A DNA stretch of 63,684 nt, filler included, from Phoronis australis (Eukaryota; Animalia; Phoronida), in the NCBI GenBank assembly GCA_002633005.1. It is 6 parts of 6 records of this genome, joined end to end, with 100 filler letters (N's around TTAATTAATTAA, not from the genome) between each part and the next. Parts side by side here need not be neighbours in the genome. Positions count along the whole stretch, not along the records: positions 28,915 to 41,425 come from NMRA01001633.1; positions 41,526 to 45,856 come from NMRA01001604.1; positions 45,957 to 60,710 come from NMRA01001544.1; 3 more parts are not named here. One strand, written 5' to 3'. Made by a program: the position numbers and the translations under genes. Below, piece by piece: positions 36,696 to 49,111 of this stretch. Numbering within the stretch: the first letter of the stretch is position 1; every line of letters begins with the position of its first letter. The notes below the pieces were generated by a model. That model worked only from the letters and a program-made list of their open reading frames with translations, was not told where the DNA came from and did no database searches.

Positions 36696-39166
36696 CAGGT
36701 AGAGGGGCATACAAGCAGAGAGTGTGAATGTATCACACGGTAGGAAGCCAGACAAACGGAGCTGAGCCAGCGTGCAGTACACGCCTGTCAGCTGCTCATT
36801 CAGCACAGGTTTTCCGTGACTGACCAATAGGGACTCTAAAATCTTTAACCAAAATGTGTCATTTTCAACATATCGAATAGCGGCATCGTCAGCTATTTTT
36901 GCCAAGTTATTTTTGGCCATGTTGGTGTAAAAATGATCTTATTTCACAGTTTTGGGGTTCATGTGAGTTCATTTCACTCATTGCCAAATGATGAGACGCG
37001 TGGTTCAGAAATGTAGCTAGTGTTTTAACTTGTTTGTCCGTTGCGTCTCTTGGTGCTTTGCGTCATAACTACACACTTGAAGATAGGAAATTATTTTAAG
37101 ACTACGAGCGAGTATAGGAGGCACAGACCAGTTCTCACTGGGTTTTGCACAGCGAAACACACGCAACTTGATTTGTCACCTTTTCTTCACTCTGTCGAAA
37201 ACAGAACGCAAAGAATTGCATGTTTTCAGTTATTTCACATTAAAAGCCCTTCAGATGAGCACAGAAAATTTATTGTCTCGCATTTTGGCCCTTCCAATCC
37301 TACTGAAAAGCAAGGTAGGCTGAGAAAAAGGGGAAAAAGCACAAAACTGGCACATTTCATACCAAAAATGCGACTTCCCTGCCAATGCACGACTAAAGCC
37401 AACATCAGATTCTGAAAGTAAATTTCCAACAGATTCCCAAAATGTAGTTCAAAAATGCTGTCAACAACCTAGTTGTTTGGCAATTCTGACTTGTTTGAGG
37501 GCTACCTGAAATCGCATCCAATTTCTCAGTCGCTACCCAGCAATGCACAATTAAATTATTGCACCCGGGGGCCTCCATCTTGAAGAAGAGTGCAGTTACA
37601 GCCGAACAAGTGGTATCTTTTAGTTTTCAACCTGATCACAAACACAAACAAACCATATTCACTGAGCCTACAGTACATGCAAGGCTTACATGTACCTACA
37701 AAATGCCCCAAACTTGGTCTACCCCAAAGTTTTAATGTTTTGGGAGTGGCAATTGGCCGTGGCACCAGCTTAAATGTTGAGTGCCACCATATATTAAGCT
37801 GTGTGACAAAAAGTACATTCATGGCTTCAACCAATTTCTTGTCTATGAAAGCTACTACCGAATGTTTGTATGTATGTATGTAAAGTTTATTCGTTTGTTC
37901 CTGGCTCTTGTTACAATACGGTACAAAATAAAAGTAAATCGCCATGAGAGTAATCCCAATTGGAAACTGAACACTGTTCCCCTCTCTAAATTTACAGACA
38001 CACCGTACTCTAGTTTGGTTTTCCGTTTGCATCATGTTATAATTTTATCTGTATTTGGTGCCTCCTAATATCTTTCAGGAAGGCATTTGTCTCTTAGATC
38101 ACTGTAAAAAGGAAATTCAAATGTTAGCTGAACACGAAGAGAGCAAAAATCTCATGCAGAGCGTGACCTAAACGTCCGCCTACTGCAGAACTTAAGATCT
38201 AATTATTAAATAACGTTGAAGCTGGAGTCAGCAGTTTTTGAAAAACTATTGATTTGGGTATATATATGTATATATATAAAATATATATACATATGTATAT
38301 ATATGTGTACATGTATGTATATGTATATATACATCCGATTGATTTGGACAAGTAATCAGCTTGTGGTGAACGAAAAATCGAAGTTTTTATTTACAGCCTA
38401 GTGTGCTTTGTTCATCGGGCGTAGACGAGTGAGGAAAACAACAGAGAAAATGTGACATTCTTTTTAACTTTTCAATTTGAAAAGTGACAACTGAGCCTCC
38501 AAAACTACAACTCTCCTTCAACTTCCGGATGATTATCCGAATATGGGCGTTCATGTAGACTGACTGGCTTGTGGAAATCACGGAACCGTTCAAGAAAACC
38601 AAATGCAACGTCATACTTGAAAGCTGTTGTTTCGGAGAATGATTTTTGGTTTTCTTATACGTTGAATTGACGTTTCTACTTAGTTCTACATACGGGGGAC
38701 TTTATTGGTTGCTTCAACGCAAAGATTTGTCCTCGCTGCTTGATTTATTTCAGAATTCACGATAACAAACTTGGCCTAATTAGCGATACGTGGCGCACTA
38801 ATTAGATGACGTATATTCTAAATGAAATGTGATCAGTTACAACAACCAGCTGGACTAGTTTCGCTCACAAAATATCGTAGACTTCTTCATGTAACCGCCG
38901 CCACATTGAAATTAAAAACCACTAATCCCATGTTTTTAGCATATTTCGGCAACATTTCTGTGTAATTAGCCTACACGTACGCGCGATAGTTAGGTAACAC
39001 CTGACGATGACATCTTGATAATCAAATATGAAAAATAGTAAAGACGAACATTTTGTTATTCTCTGCCAGTTAACTCCAAGAAAGTCGTTAACGGATTGGA
39101 CTACATTGGCTGTTTTCAAAGCAGCAATCCCTCCTTCACCACCCAGGTGACACCTACCGGCGGGGN

Positions 39167-39350
39167 CCAAACTTTGAAACTTCCACATTTGGTAAGTTAG
39201 TCAAAATTAAGACAAAACTTATGTCAAACACTTAAATCAAACTCAAAATCTCTATTTTGAATTGGTTTTCAGACAACTTTAACTTATATTTTAAAATTTA
39301 CTGAAATGTAAGATTTGTCTTAGCTAAGTCAGTTTTGTTGGAACGGGCCC
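39167..39350. mobile_element. Right-end fragment of the Harbinger family at 11041-13342
   Basis: Similar to 13160-13342; ends TTGGAACGGGCCC followed by CTG; starts at the N at 39166. Confidence 0.8.
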
Positions 39351-40586
39351 CTGCTCTTGTTCTACGCGCACTTTTATTTAATAAACGCGTATTGTTGCTT
39401 TAACGCTTATATTAGTTATTCCGAGCGCTGGATTGGTTCTTAAACGATTACCTCTCAGTTCTTATTGACCGCGCACTTTTGCTTAATCAGTAGTCTTGCT
39501 TGACCAATGTGTTCAATTCGTGTGTGTCCAACCAATGGCAAGTTTACGGTCAGTACAAAATCATAAGTAGCTGCGCCATATTTTACGAGTTCACTTCGAA
39601 ACTGGCCTTGCACGCGTGCAAAACGTCTTCCGGCATTTTGAGATTTTAGAGCACATAAGTGATTGAACTCACAAATCGATTAAAAGTATGCGTTGAACAT
39701 CAACGGTGCACGTTGAATAGGAACTGAACAATGGTCGTTTAACGGAACTAATTTAGTGCGCTGACTGAGCATTAAACTACTGTACGCGTTGATTAAGCAG
39801 AAAGGTACTCGTTTAAGAATAATGTGACAAAGCACTCCGGCCACATGGCGTGTTACTGTAGCCTACCGTAGAAATGTCTAATTTGTATTATCCAACTGAC
39901 GACCAAAGTTCAAATCCAGACAATCCCAAGCCAGTTATAAGCTCATGGTACTAAATACTACTTTTGAAGGTGTGAACAGCATAATCAATACTGAACAAAC
40001 GACAATACTGACGTAACGGATGTACAATGTACATGTAGATCTGTTGCATTTGCCTGTATGAATGTTGTAACGTTTGATACATAAGCCATACCATGTTTTG
40101 ACTGTACTCGGTAGCAAACTTTCTTAACCCGCAACATTTACTCGTGCTGCTTGCGGGACGGACAAACTGACAAAATGAGAAGAATGGAGGGTCCAGAAAA
40201 CGAGAAGACCGGAAGTGTAAAGGAAGTGTTCTCTGTGTCCTTGTAGCACCGCCATGTCAAACATTAAAATTGTATTTACTTTGTGTTCTGAAGTGCTGAC
40301 ACCTAACGAAAAAGTATTGAAATTTAAATTACACGAGTCAGTTAGCTTCAGAGCCCAAAAATGCATGTTTTGAATATCTTTTGGCATTGTATAGGTTTTG
40401 CAATGTTTGCGAAGTCCATTTCAAAAGTTGGCAGGAAAAGTTCAGGATAAAAACGTCACTCGCACCTCCGTCCATCATTTCGCCTTTCTCCTCGGCATTG
40501 ATCATTGGCTTACCAATGCATGACTCGTTCATGTTTCATTATTCGGCGCACTGTGTAACATATGATCTTCCACCGCGTATGTGCAG

Positions 40587-40761
40587 GAATGCTGGTGCAC
40601 CGATGACTTGACAAGTGTCCAAACTGGCATATTCACCATCCCGGACGAGTACCACACTCGCTCCTCGAACAAACAGTTCAACAGGTGCACTACCAATTGT
40701 AATGCCGACTCCAGTCAGAGGTGTGGAGACGGTAGTCACTTCAGCGTATACGCCAGTTTGG
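40587..40761 (+). CDS. Exon encoding the C-terminal half of a WSC domain
   Basis: cag|ECWC...RCTTNCNADSSQRCGDGSHFSVYASL|gtaagc; phase-1 end. Confidence 0.8.
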
Positions 40762-41346
40762 GTAAGCACTTAAGCAGTACTTTTGTCTTATGACGTGATC
40801 ACTATAAGGCGAGTCACGTTACCGGATACCGTTTTCATCATCATTTTTAATTAGAAATACGAAGTATCATCATCATAGCCGTCGTCAACTTTCTCATCAT
40901 CGTCTTCACTATCGTCATTGTCATTGCGGTCAATTTATGGCCAAACAGCTTATTATTTTGAATGACATATTCTTATTAATATGGCATGAGCAAAAACTCC
41001 ACTACGACCGCAGTAATAATATAAGAGGCCGCGCATTTTGTCCGCCTTCATGTGGACTCATTATACATGTATTAATACAAGGTTGGAATTTGACAGACGC
41101 TGCCATGAAATCGTTTTCATCCCATGATATACTGAATGTTGATTTGTGTAGGATATATAGTGTAAGGGCCGTTTCTCAAATATTGTATTGCTCGTCTGCT
41201 CCTTTGGGGCGATCAATTGTATAAAGATCACGAACAGCGACCTTCCAGCTCCAGTTGTTGCCGTTCGGCAGCATATGCAACATTTCTAGAAATAGCACTG
41301 TAGTTGTTTCTCACCATTCCTACAGTTGTTTTCTGCTCTTTTTCAG

Positions 41347-41425
41347 CCAACGCCTGCATCTCGTCCCCGTGCCTAAATGGCGCCACTTGCACCGACCTCC
41401 TTGACAACTACAACTGCACGTGCAA
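41347..41425 (+). CDS. EGF-like domain exon, cut by gap
   Basis: ttttcag| phase 1 ANACISSPCLNGATCTDLLDNYNCTC; phase compatible with the WSC exon. Confidence 0.88.
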
Positions 41426-41525
41426 NNNNNNNNNNNNNNNNNNNNNNNNNNNNNNNNNNNNNNNNNNNNTTAATTAATTAANNNNNNNNNNNNNNNNNNN
41501 NNNNNNNNNNNNNNNNNNNNNNNNN

Positions 41526-41762
41526 AGCAGTCATGGATTTGTAGGCAAGATGGGCGTCATCTTTGGAATTGTTGGGACTCTGTTGGGCACACTGATTGCC
41601 TCTATCATCATTTGCGTCTTGGTGAAGAAGAAGAATAGGCAGCCGGTGTTACTAGAAGGTGCCCAGCAGAAAGAAATAGACGCAGAAAGTAAAGAGAACA
41701 ATTTGGTCGAAGTGGGTGACGGAAACAATAAGGGGAGACGCACAAATGAGCATGAAGTGTAG
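41526..41762 (+). CDS. Transmembrane helix and short cytoplasmic tail, probable last coding exon
   Basis: GVIFGIVGTLLGTLIASIIICVLV followed by KKKNR; ends NEHEV*; linkage to WSC/EGF exons crosses a linker gap. Confidence 0.7.
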   Translation, partial: SSHGFVGKMGVIFGIVGTLLGTLIASIIICVLVKKKNRQPVLLEGAQQKEIDAESKENNLVEVGDGNNKGRRTNEHEV

Positions 41763-43249
41763 GACATGGACGGTAGGGTAGGACAAACCTGCTGGCTTAT
41801 TGAAGACGACGTTCAAACAACAAAAAATGTAAGAAAGAGATCGCCGAGGCAAGAAGATTCAGCAAAGTCAAGGAAAGTACAGTGATTTCAAGAACTAATG
41901 GTCCCGTAATGTACAGCAGTGGTTTTGATGACTGAAAAAGTATGGTCGTTTACATATCAAATATAGGCCTATTAGCAGACTTAATAAACAATTTGACACC
42001 AATACAGAATTCGTGTGTCACTTTCACGTTATCTTTTAAAATACGTGTAAGGTGACGTTCATGAATACATGTACTTTTCCGAAAAATATCCGTATTCTCT
42101 ACTCCAAAATGCCAAATTACTAGCTATTTATATGCTCATTGTAGAGAAAGTTTTCCGGAAATTTCCGCAAAAACACTCGCAAAACGGGGAATTTTTATCG
42201 GCAGTAGCTAATGTGGAGAATTTCTCGCTTACACTGGTCACCACTCTGAGTCCCTAGGAACCAGACAACTTTTACGATCCCTATTCAGCACGCCCTTTGT
42301 ATTGATGTAGATCTGAGCTAGTGAAAAGGTAATAGCTAGCACCACTTTCTTAACAATGGCGGTCGTTGTTACTCCCAAATTGTTTTTCTCTGGCATTTGC
42401 ACAGAGTTAAAGTCTGCAATATGGAGAGCAGTTTTAACTTAAAAGTACATTTTAAATATTATAAAAATACCCATAACTTAATTTGAGTTGATCTTTACAA
42501 AGGGCAACTTCCCAAAGGAATGTTGGCTTTAAATATGTATCATACCTGTTTTCATTACTTTATTTTAATACTCCTGTCCACTTGTTTTTATCTTACTGGT
42601 TAGGGTTGCTATCTTTTTATTTTGTGTTTAACCGAAGCATCAAAACAACTTAGAGGTCAGTTAATTGTGAACCCATCCCTGAATTTTCCTGATTACTGCT
42701 ACACCAAACATGTCACAGCAAACAAAACTCCACGTGCCATTACTTCGAGTTCAATCTTAATTAGAACTCAAATCATAAAATATCATATACAAATGTGCAA
42801 ATATGTTGATAGCTAAACTGAAAATTTGGAACTTCTGGAAATTTTGGTTGCAGTAACTACATAACAATTCTACCTTTTCCTCAGTCCATAAAAATGAAAT
42901 CACANNNNNNNNNNNNNNNNNNNNNNNNNNNNNNNNNNNNNNNNNNNNNNNNNNNNNNNNNNNNNNNNNNNNNNNNNNNNNNNNNNNNNNNNNNNNNNNN
43001 ATATGTTGATAGCTAAACTGAAAATTTGGAACTTCTGGAAATTTTGGTTGCAGTAACTACATAACAATTCTACCTTTTCCTCAGTCCATAAAAATGAAAT
43101 CACACCTCTTGCCCACCGACCAACCTCACCCACTGCTTCCACTCTCTCGTTGTCTACAAAGCTAGCCATCTTAGTTGTCTTCACAGATGTTCCATTACAA
43201 CTTCAAGGTAACAATCGAAACTGGCGCATTTCCTCGAATAGCAATTTTC

Positions 43250-43560
43250 TGGTTAGTGTACTACTCCTGGAGTAAAGTAGTTCGGCATGCACTGGGCCAT
43301 AAGCGATGTCTAATTTAGTCATTGTGCATTGTTCATAGATGTTTCAATCTAGCTTAGTTGTATATCAAAAGAATAATCCACGTGAAGTGATATTGTTAAC
43401 TTTGATCAGCGATTGTAAATCACCCAGTATATCAATACCAATGTTTGTAGTTTTTAGCTCATCGATGTTTAAAAATCGAAAACCAAACTTGGTTGTTTTT
43501 TTCCATCTGAATACAGCTGTGGTATTTGTTTTTAAGGATAACCTTTGGTTTGAAAAATCG
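43250..43560 (-). mobile_element. Possible very degenerate LINE endonuclease remnant
   Basis: ELKTTNIGIDILGDL resembles the APE GD.N motif context; weak. Confidence 0.3.
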
Positions 43561-44465
43561 CTAGTATATACAGGCAGGTAATTACAGTTATTTGGTTCTT
43601 GATCGCACCGGACAATGCGGTCATCGCAACTCTCTTTGATCTCGATAAAGCCGCTCCGAAGGACGAGCAGTGGGAAGTCACGCATATCTTGAGAAATGCG
43701 TGACTTCCGTGTGAGCGTATTATTCACGGCATGCGTCAGCAGAAATCTTTATCTTTCGTATCTTGGCAGTAACTTTAAATGCGATGAATCTTTTGGAAAT
43801 ATGTCAAACTTCACTTAGTGCCAATCATGTGAAGTGGTCACCTACTCAAAGTTATCACCAGTACATATTAGAGACGTTGAAGGGGTATTCTTAGCAGTGT
43901 ATTGTCTTACTAGTTGACATCGGAATTAGGTACAGCTAGAATGATTTACCTGACTTCAATTCCAAAATGTTGAGTTGCATTCAGCGCCCTATAGCGTCAC
44001 CGCGAGATCCCTGCACAAACAATAAAAGGCCGACAAGTTCTAAAAATTTATGAGTAACAAAACACGATATCAACAAGATCGTTAAGATTTTTTAAAGCCC
44101 GAAATCTGAATTACATTAAAATTCTTGAGGCTAGTGCTCAGAACTGAAATTACGACCTCAAAAGGGTGGCAATTGTCGGTCCTGTAATGTCTGCTTGACG
44201 TCTAGTAACGTAAAGTGGTTCCGAAAAAATAGGAACGTATATTAACACGAGGCAAGCCAAAATCATACTTGATTGAATGATTATTGATAACCATACCTTT
44301 TAAGTACCGAAGACCCACAGCGAGCACTGATCCTGTAAAGGTGAAAATCTTCCAGGTATTAATTTTTCTGCTGCTCATCAGATGGCGTACCGGTTTACCG
44401 AGTCGGAAAAATGAACCTCCTGTTGAACAAGTTGTACTCATTATGCAGTGCCAAGTCAATATTTT

Positions 44466-44774
44466 CAGGGGCGGATCCAGGATTTTGAGTTTGGGGGGGG
44501 GGCAGGGCACAGGAATAACCAAAATTTCGGCAATCGAGCCCGCCCAGCCTAAAGCGTGGGGATGCAGGAGTCTCGAATTTTTGGGATTGCGGACCTGTTG
44601 ACTAAAAAAAAACGGGAAACTGGGTTTGTTCAGGCCTATGCATTGTTTATTAAACCCACGAGCCCCCTGGTTGTGCACGTTTGCTAGTCAGCGATTCGCA
44701 CCCGAATTGCCAAATGGTATCTGGTGGAGTTTTAGGGGGGGCACTGTCCCCTTGTCCCCCTAAATACACCCCTG
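44466..44774 (+). mobile_element. hAT-like non-autonomous element with 5-bp TSD
   Basis: CAGGGGCGGATCCAGG...AAATACACCCCTG; ATTTT on both flanks. Confidence 0.75.
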
Positions 44775-46144
44775 ATTTTAGGGCACGCCCAAGCGTGTGA
44801 CTTTGAGAAATCCTGCATTTTTGGCTAATCATGCAATGCACGGAAAACGTATATTGGCTATTGCCATTTCTTTTAGAGTGTTTTCGCCAACCCCCACTCA
44901 ACAGTTCTTGAAGCAACGCTTCAGCCAGTTGTATTTACAATTATGACCGGGACTTCCATTTTAGTGATGACGATTGCAAAGGACTGATGCGTAGATTCGA
45001 TGAAGCATTGCAGGTTCAGGTGAGAATGGACCAGAAGATTCCAACCGTGATGATACAACATCCCTAACACAACATGAATTCGAGATGTACTACATAGGGC
45101 TAGGAATGTCATTGGTTAATCTTGGCATCAGATGCAAACCACTAGCAGGTCCAGAATTTCAAAAGGGGCAATTGCAGTGGTGCTATGAATATAAAATACA
45201 GACAAACTACGAAAATGTCAAATTATTTTACGCAAGGCTTCGGTGAACTTAAGTGATTTATTATCTAATACTCATGGAAGCTTTGACTTGCAACACATAC
45301 AAAAACACATCAATGCAGTATTTGTTACACAGGAAATTTATACAACGCAGCCTTTGGTCATGATTGACATCGATCTATGGATAGGACACTTTAGTTTCCC
45401 ACCTGTAAATTGATTATAGTGCATATGTGTGTTTTGGGTATCGAGATCTTTGATGAAAAGAAGTAAAAATGAAACCATAGTCTACATGTACATCACACTG
45501 CAATGTTTTGACAACATCATACAAAAACAGGAAAAACGGAAAGTGCCCAAGATTGCATCTCTGGCAGTATGCTTCCAGGGATGTTAATAACATGTAATAT
45601 ATAAATAAAAAACCTCTAGGTGGCGCAGCATACGTTATATTCGTCTGAAACAAGACAATCGCTGTCACATTCTTGCCTAATTCCACACATCAAGGTACTT
45701 TGTTGATACAGAACCGCTAAAGGACGCCACAACACTCAGACATGTCCTAAAATTTATGCCGGGCATACTCTCCTCAATAATGTAACACATACATCAAATT
45801 GCACCCACATTCATCAACAGAACTTTGTAAACAAACAAATCGCCACTCCGGGTGCCNNNNNNNNNNNNNNNNNNNNNNNNNNNNNNNNNNNNNNNNNNNN
45901 TTAATTAATTAANNNNNNNNNNNNNNNNNNNNNNNNNNNNNNNNNNNNNNNNNNNNAAGCTCTTTCTTCACTTCTGGTCCTGGCTTTGAAACAAAAACTA
46001 TGCAATGGTTGTTGCGTGAACACTATCATCATAAAGATATTAGAACAATCTGATCTATTTAGTTCTGGACAAGCTAAATAACCTATCGCAAGCTCTGCCA
46101 GTTGCGAAATGTCGCCCAACAAACAATAAATTTTACCCCACACC

Positions 46145-46257
46145 GTGTTGTTTGTCGGGTAAAATGGCGGCTTGGAAATGAAGGTGTGTCAAGGATGCTG
46201 TGTTCTGATTGGTCAGTTAAGCCGTCACTCAAAATCCTGGCTGGCGATAGGTCAATT
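46145..46257 (-). mobile_element. Terminal fragment of the THAP-bearing element at 29066
   Basis: ATTGACCTATCGCC...GACCAATCAGAACA...CCAAGCCGCCATTTTACCCGACAAAC on minus strand. Confidence 0.7.
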
Positions 46258-49005
46258 AAAAAGAAACTATGAATGTCATGTCCGCATTAAAATCATCGGC
46301 GTGTGAAATGCATGTGCTATCATGCGCGCACCCAGCCTTTAACATGGGGGGTTCGAATTTCTGGCGATGTGGACATTTTGCTGACAAAAAAGCGTGAGGA
46401 CTAAAAAAACGGGATGCGTCTGTACGTTTTTAGTGGACTTTTGTCTCGTTTTCTCTGAGGCGGACCTTTTTGCCCACTTNNAGCAGACGAGTACAGACGG
46501 CCCTTATAAAAAGCGATAGATGTTTTTCGAGATGAGACGAGGGTGGATATTTTTCCCACTTCACTTGGCGCCATGTTGCTAACCTCTCTGCCCGAGCTTT
46601 GCAAGCAGTGGTGTAGTGGAATGTAGACGCAGTACACCAGCACCTTTTTCATGCGCTCACCTTTCTCTGCATACCCTGATACGGGCATCGGCGCTTTCAT
46701 AACACTAGTTGTATAAGGTGGACGAAGGCCGACAAACCGAGTTATTGCACCCAGGTGACTGTATCTACGTACACAGGACTGACGGACTAGTCCTTCTACT
46801 AGAACTAAAATGTTCCCGTGCATCGGTAAATTGAGTTGAGAACATAAATTATGACTCGTAGGAAAATACTTCAGTGCGTCGTATGTTTTCTGCTTCAAAG
46901 CAAAAATGTATTGAGAACTAAGTTCGGACATTTTGAAATCAGCACACATACGCACGTAATTAGACTGATCGATCGAAGTACGGAGTGAAATGTAGAGAAA
47001 TGATATCTGTGATCAAAAAGTACTATGATGTCCTGTCTCAATAACGAATGCCATTTTATGTAGTTGGCAGCATTTTAGTGATCAGAAAATTGCAAATGCA
47101 GGGGATTTCATATCTCTATGTGTACGTCATGCATTTTCGCGTTACCGCAGTTTTGGAGGCCCAAAAATTTTCGTTTTGAAAGTTTGTAAATAGCATATTT
47201 TAATAGTTTGTGAAAATCACACGTGATAAGGTTTTTGAATTTTGAAAATTATTGCACAAGAATGTTACTTTACATCTTAAAATGTTTGTTCTATGCTGCA
47301 ATAATACGTTCGTCATTAATTCTGCTGGATGTGCAACATAAATGGCCCAACTACCAAATCACCAGGCAGAGTTGGATTTTGAAGTAAGCCAAGCGACATC
47401 GTACAATTCTTGGCATGACACGCACGCAAGTGCATTTCAAATGCCGTGTGATGTGCGGAACCCAGGCGAAATTCCATCTAGTGGTGTAGCCGCAGATCCA
47501 CGATTTGTCCATTGGTGTTCTGACAATATGCAAACATTGCCATTTGATTGGGAGTTTTATTTGGAGACACCAAACATTTTTTCGGGATTATTGTTACAGA
47601 ATAGAACACGCGACTTTGGAGATTTTTGTACCGGCACCAAACAAAAACAGTGATTCGTTTCGATGTACCTTATATAACAAATTGGGTATCGTTAAAATGT
47701 AAGCCATATTAATCGTCAAACTCACGTGCGCCAAATTTAATACGGCTATATTACCCCGCCATCTGCGGTAAAAAAATACTACTGAGAACATTCAAAAATA
47801 GCCCCACCTTAAAGTACGCTCAGGCGTTTCTATACCTGCATGTTTTGAAATTCTGATGGATTATTCTGATATGGGTATCATTTTGATGTATTTTTTATTT
47901 TGTCAAGAAATTATATTTTCTGGTCGCGGTTTCACAACTGACTGTCCTTTGACAAGATATTGGGTGACTTAATTCAGTGTTGGCAAATAGCCGTCGGTAT
48001 TCCACCCCAAGGCAGTAACACGGGTTTGGCGAAAATACTCCCCCTTTTTCGAAAATACCATTATTGGACGTTTTTGAAAGGTCGGCGATTTCCAAATATC
48101 CGCCTATGGGACTGTTTTCGAAAATTCCCGGTACTTTCGATATAGGGGTCACCGTCTGCTAAAAATCTCACTATTACTTTTTGGCTGAGTTGGTGGCTCA
48201 CAACCATACAACCATTCTGATTGCAATTTTGTAGACTAGAGACGATTTTTGGGTTTAGGAAGAATTGACAGTTTCTTATAATTGAGATCAGGTTCAAACA
48301 TGACGCTCAGTTGGCTTCGGTGCCGTCGAGGCGACCATCCGGCGGCATTTAATATGTGCTGACATGACCGCTATGATCCTAACTGTCAGCTTTTCCTCAG
48401 AGCCGGCCCAGAGGGAAACCCATCTTCGGCCGAGTAAAGAACAAACTGAGCAGGTGGTTTAACTTATTTGTTAATTTCTTTCATGACAGAAACTGAATGA
48501 AAGAGCCCGTCAGCGGCTCAGGGCTTAGCAACTAGTACACCTCGAAGGCCGGGCTCTGAGTACCCCGCGCTCGAGTCGATTGTCAACCTCGCCGGGAAAC
48601 TGTCGATTGCTAAAATTTGATGACCACGGATGCATATTATACTCGGAAGCTTTTTAATAGAAGAATGCACGGAAATTGCGAAATTATTGATTACTTTCGA
48701 GTCAGTCATGTCAGTCGCGGGCAGTGTGGGGGCCCGGCGCAGGGGAGCCGCCGGGACTGAGGAAGGCTGACTGACAAGAATAAAACTGGACAAATAAAGC
48801 TTCTTTAAAAATAAAAGTTGCCCCAAATTCTTGTTGGAACACTTTGTACCATTCTCTGAACTAAACACTGAGAACCAGCAGGATACAGGCGCTTTTGATT
48901 GTAAAAACTACATGGCGCAACAGGCCGTGACTCCGCTGATCATTCAGTCCAGGACGCAATTGGTCGCATCCAATAGATGTCGCTTTCCAAGAGCCCAAAA
49001 CAAAC

Positions 49006-49111
49006 ATGGAAGTTGGTGACCACGACAGCGCGGTTCTAGATCGCATATTTAATCCGCTCCTACCTAATAGTGGTGACACAGTGTTGTCAACGAAGAGCGA
49101 TTCCATTCCAG
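49006..49111 (+). CDS. TTC36: TTC36 exon 1
   Basis: MEVGDHDSAVLDRIFNPLLPNSGDTVLSTKSDSIP|gtacat; D..VL..IFNP motif of TTC36. Confidence 0.9.

Noticed and set aside
42801-43104. 104-bp direct repeat
   Set aside because: Identical sequence on both sides of an N gap; assembly overlap
46401-46955. 184-aa ORF and A-box-like TGGTGTAGTGG at ~46608
   Set aside because: No recognisable domain, spans an N join, no B box or cloverleaf
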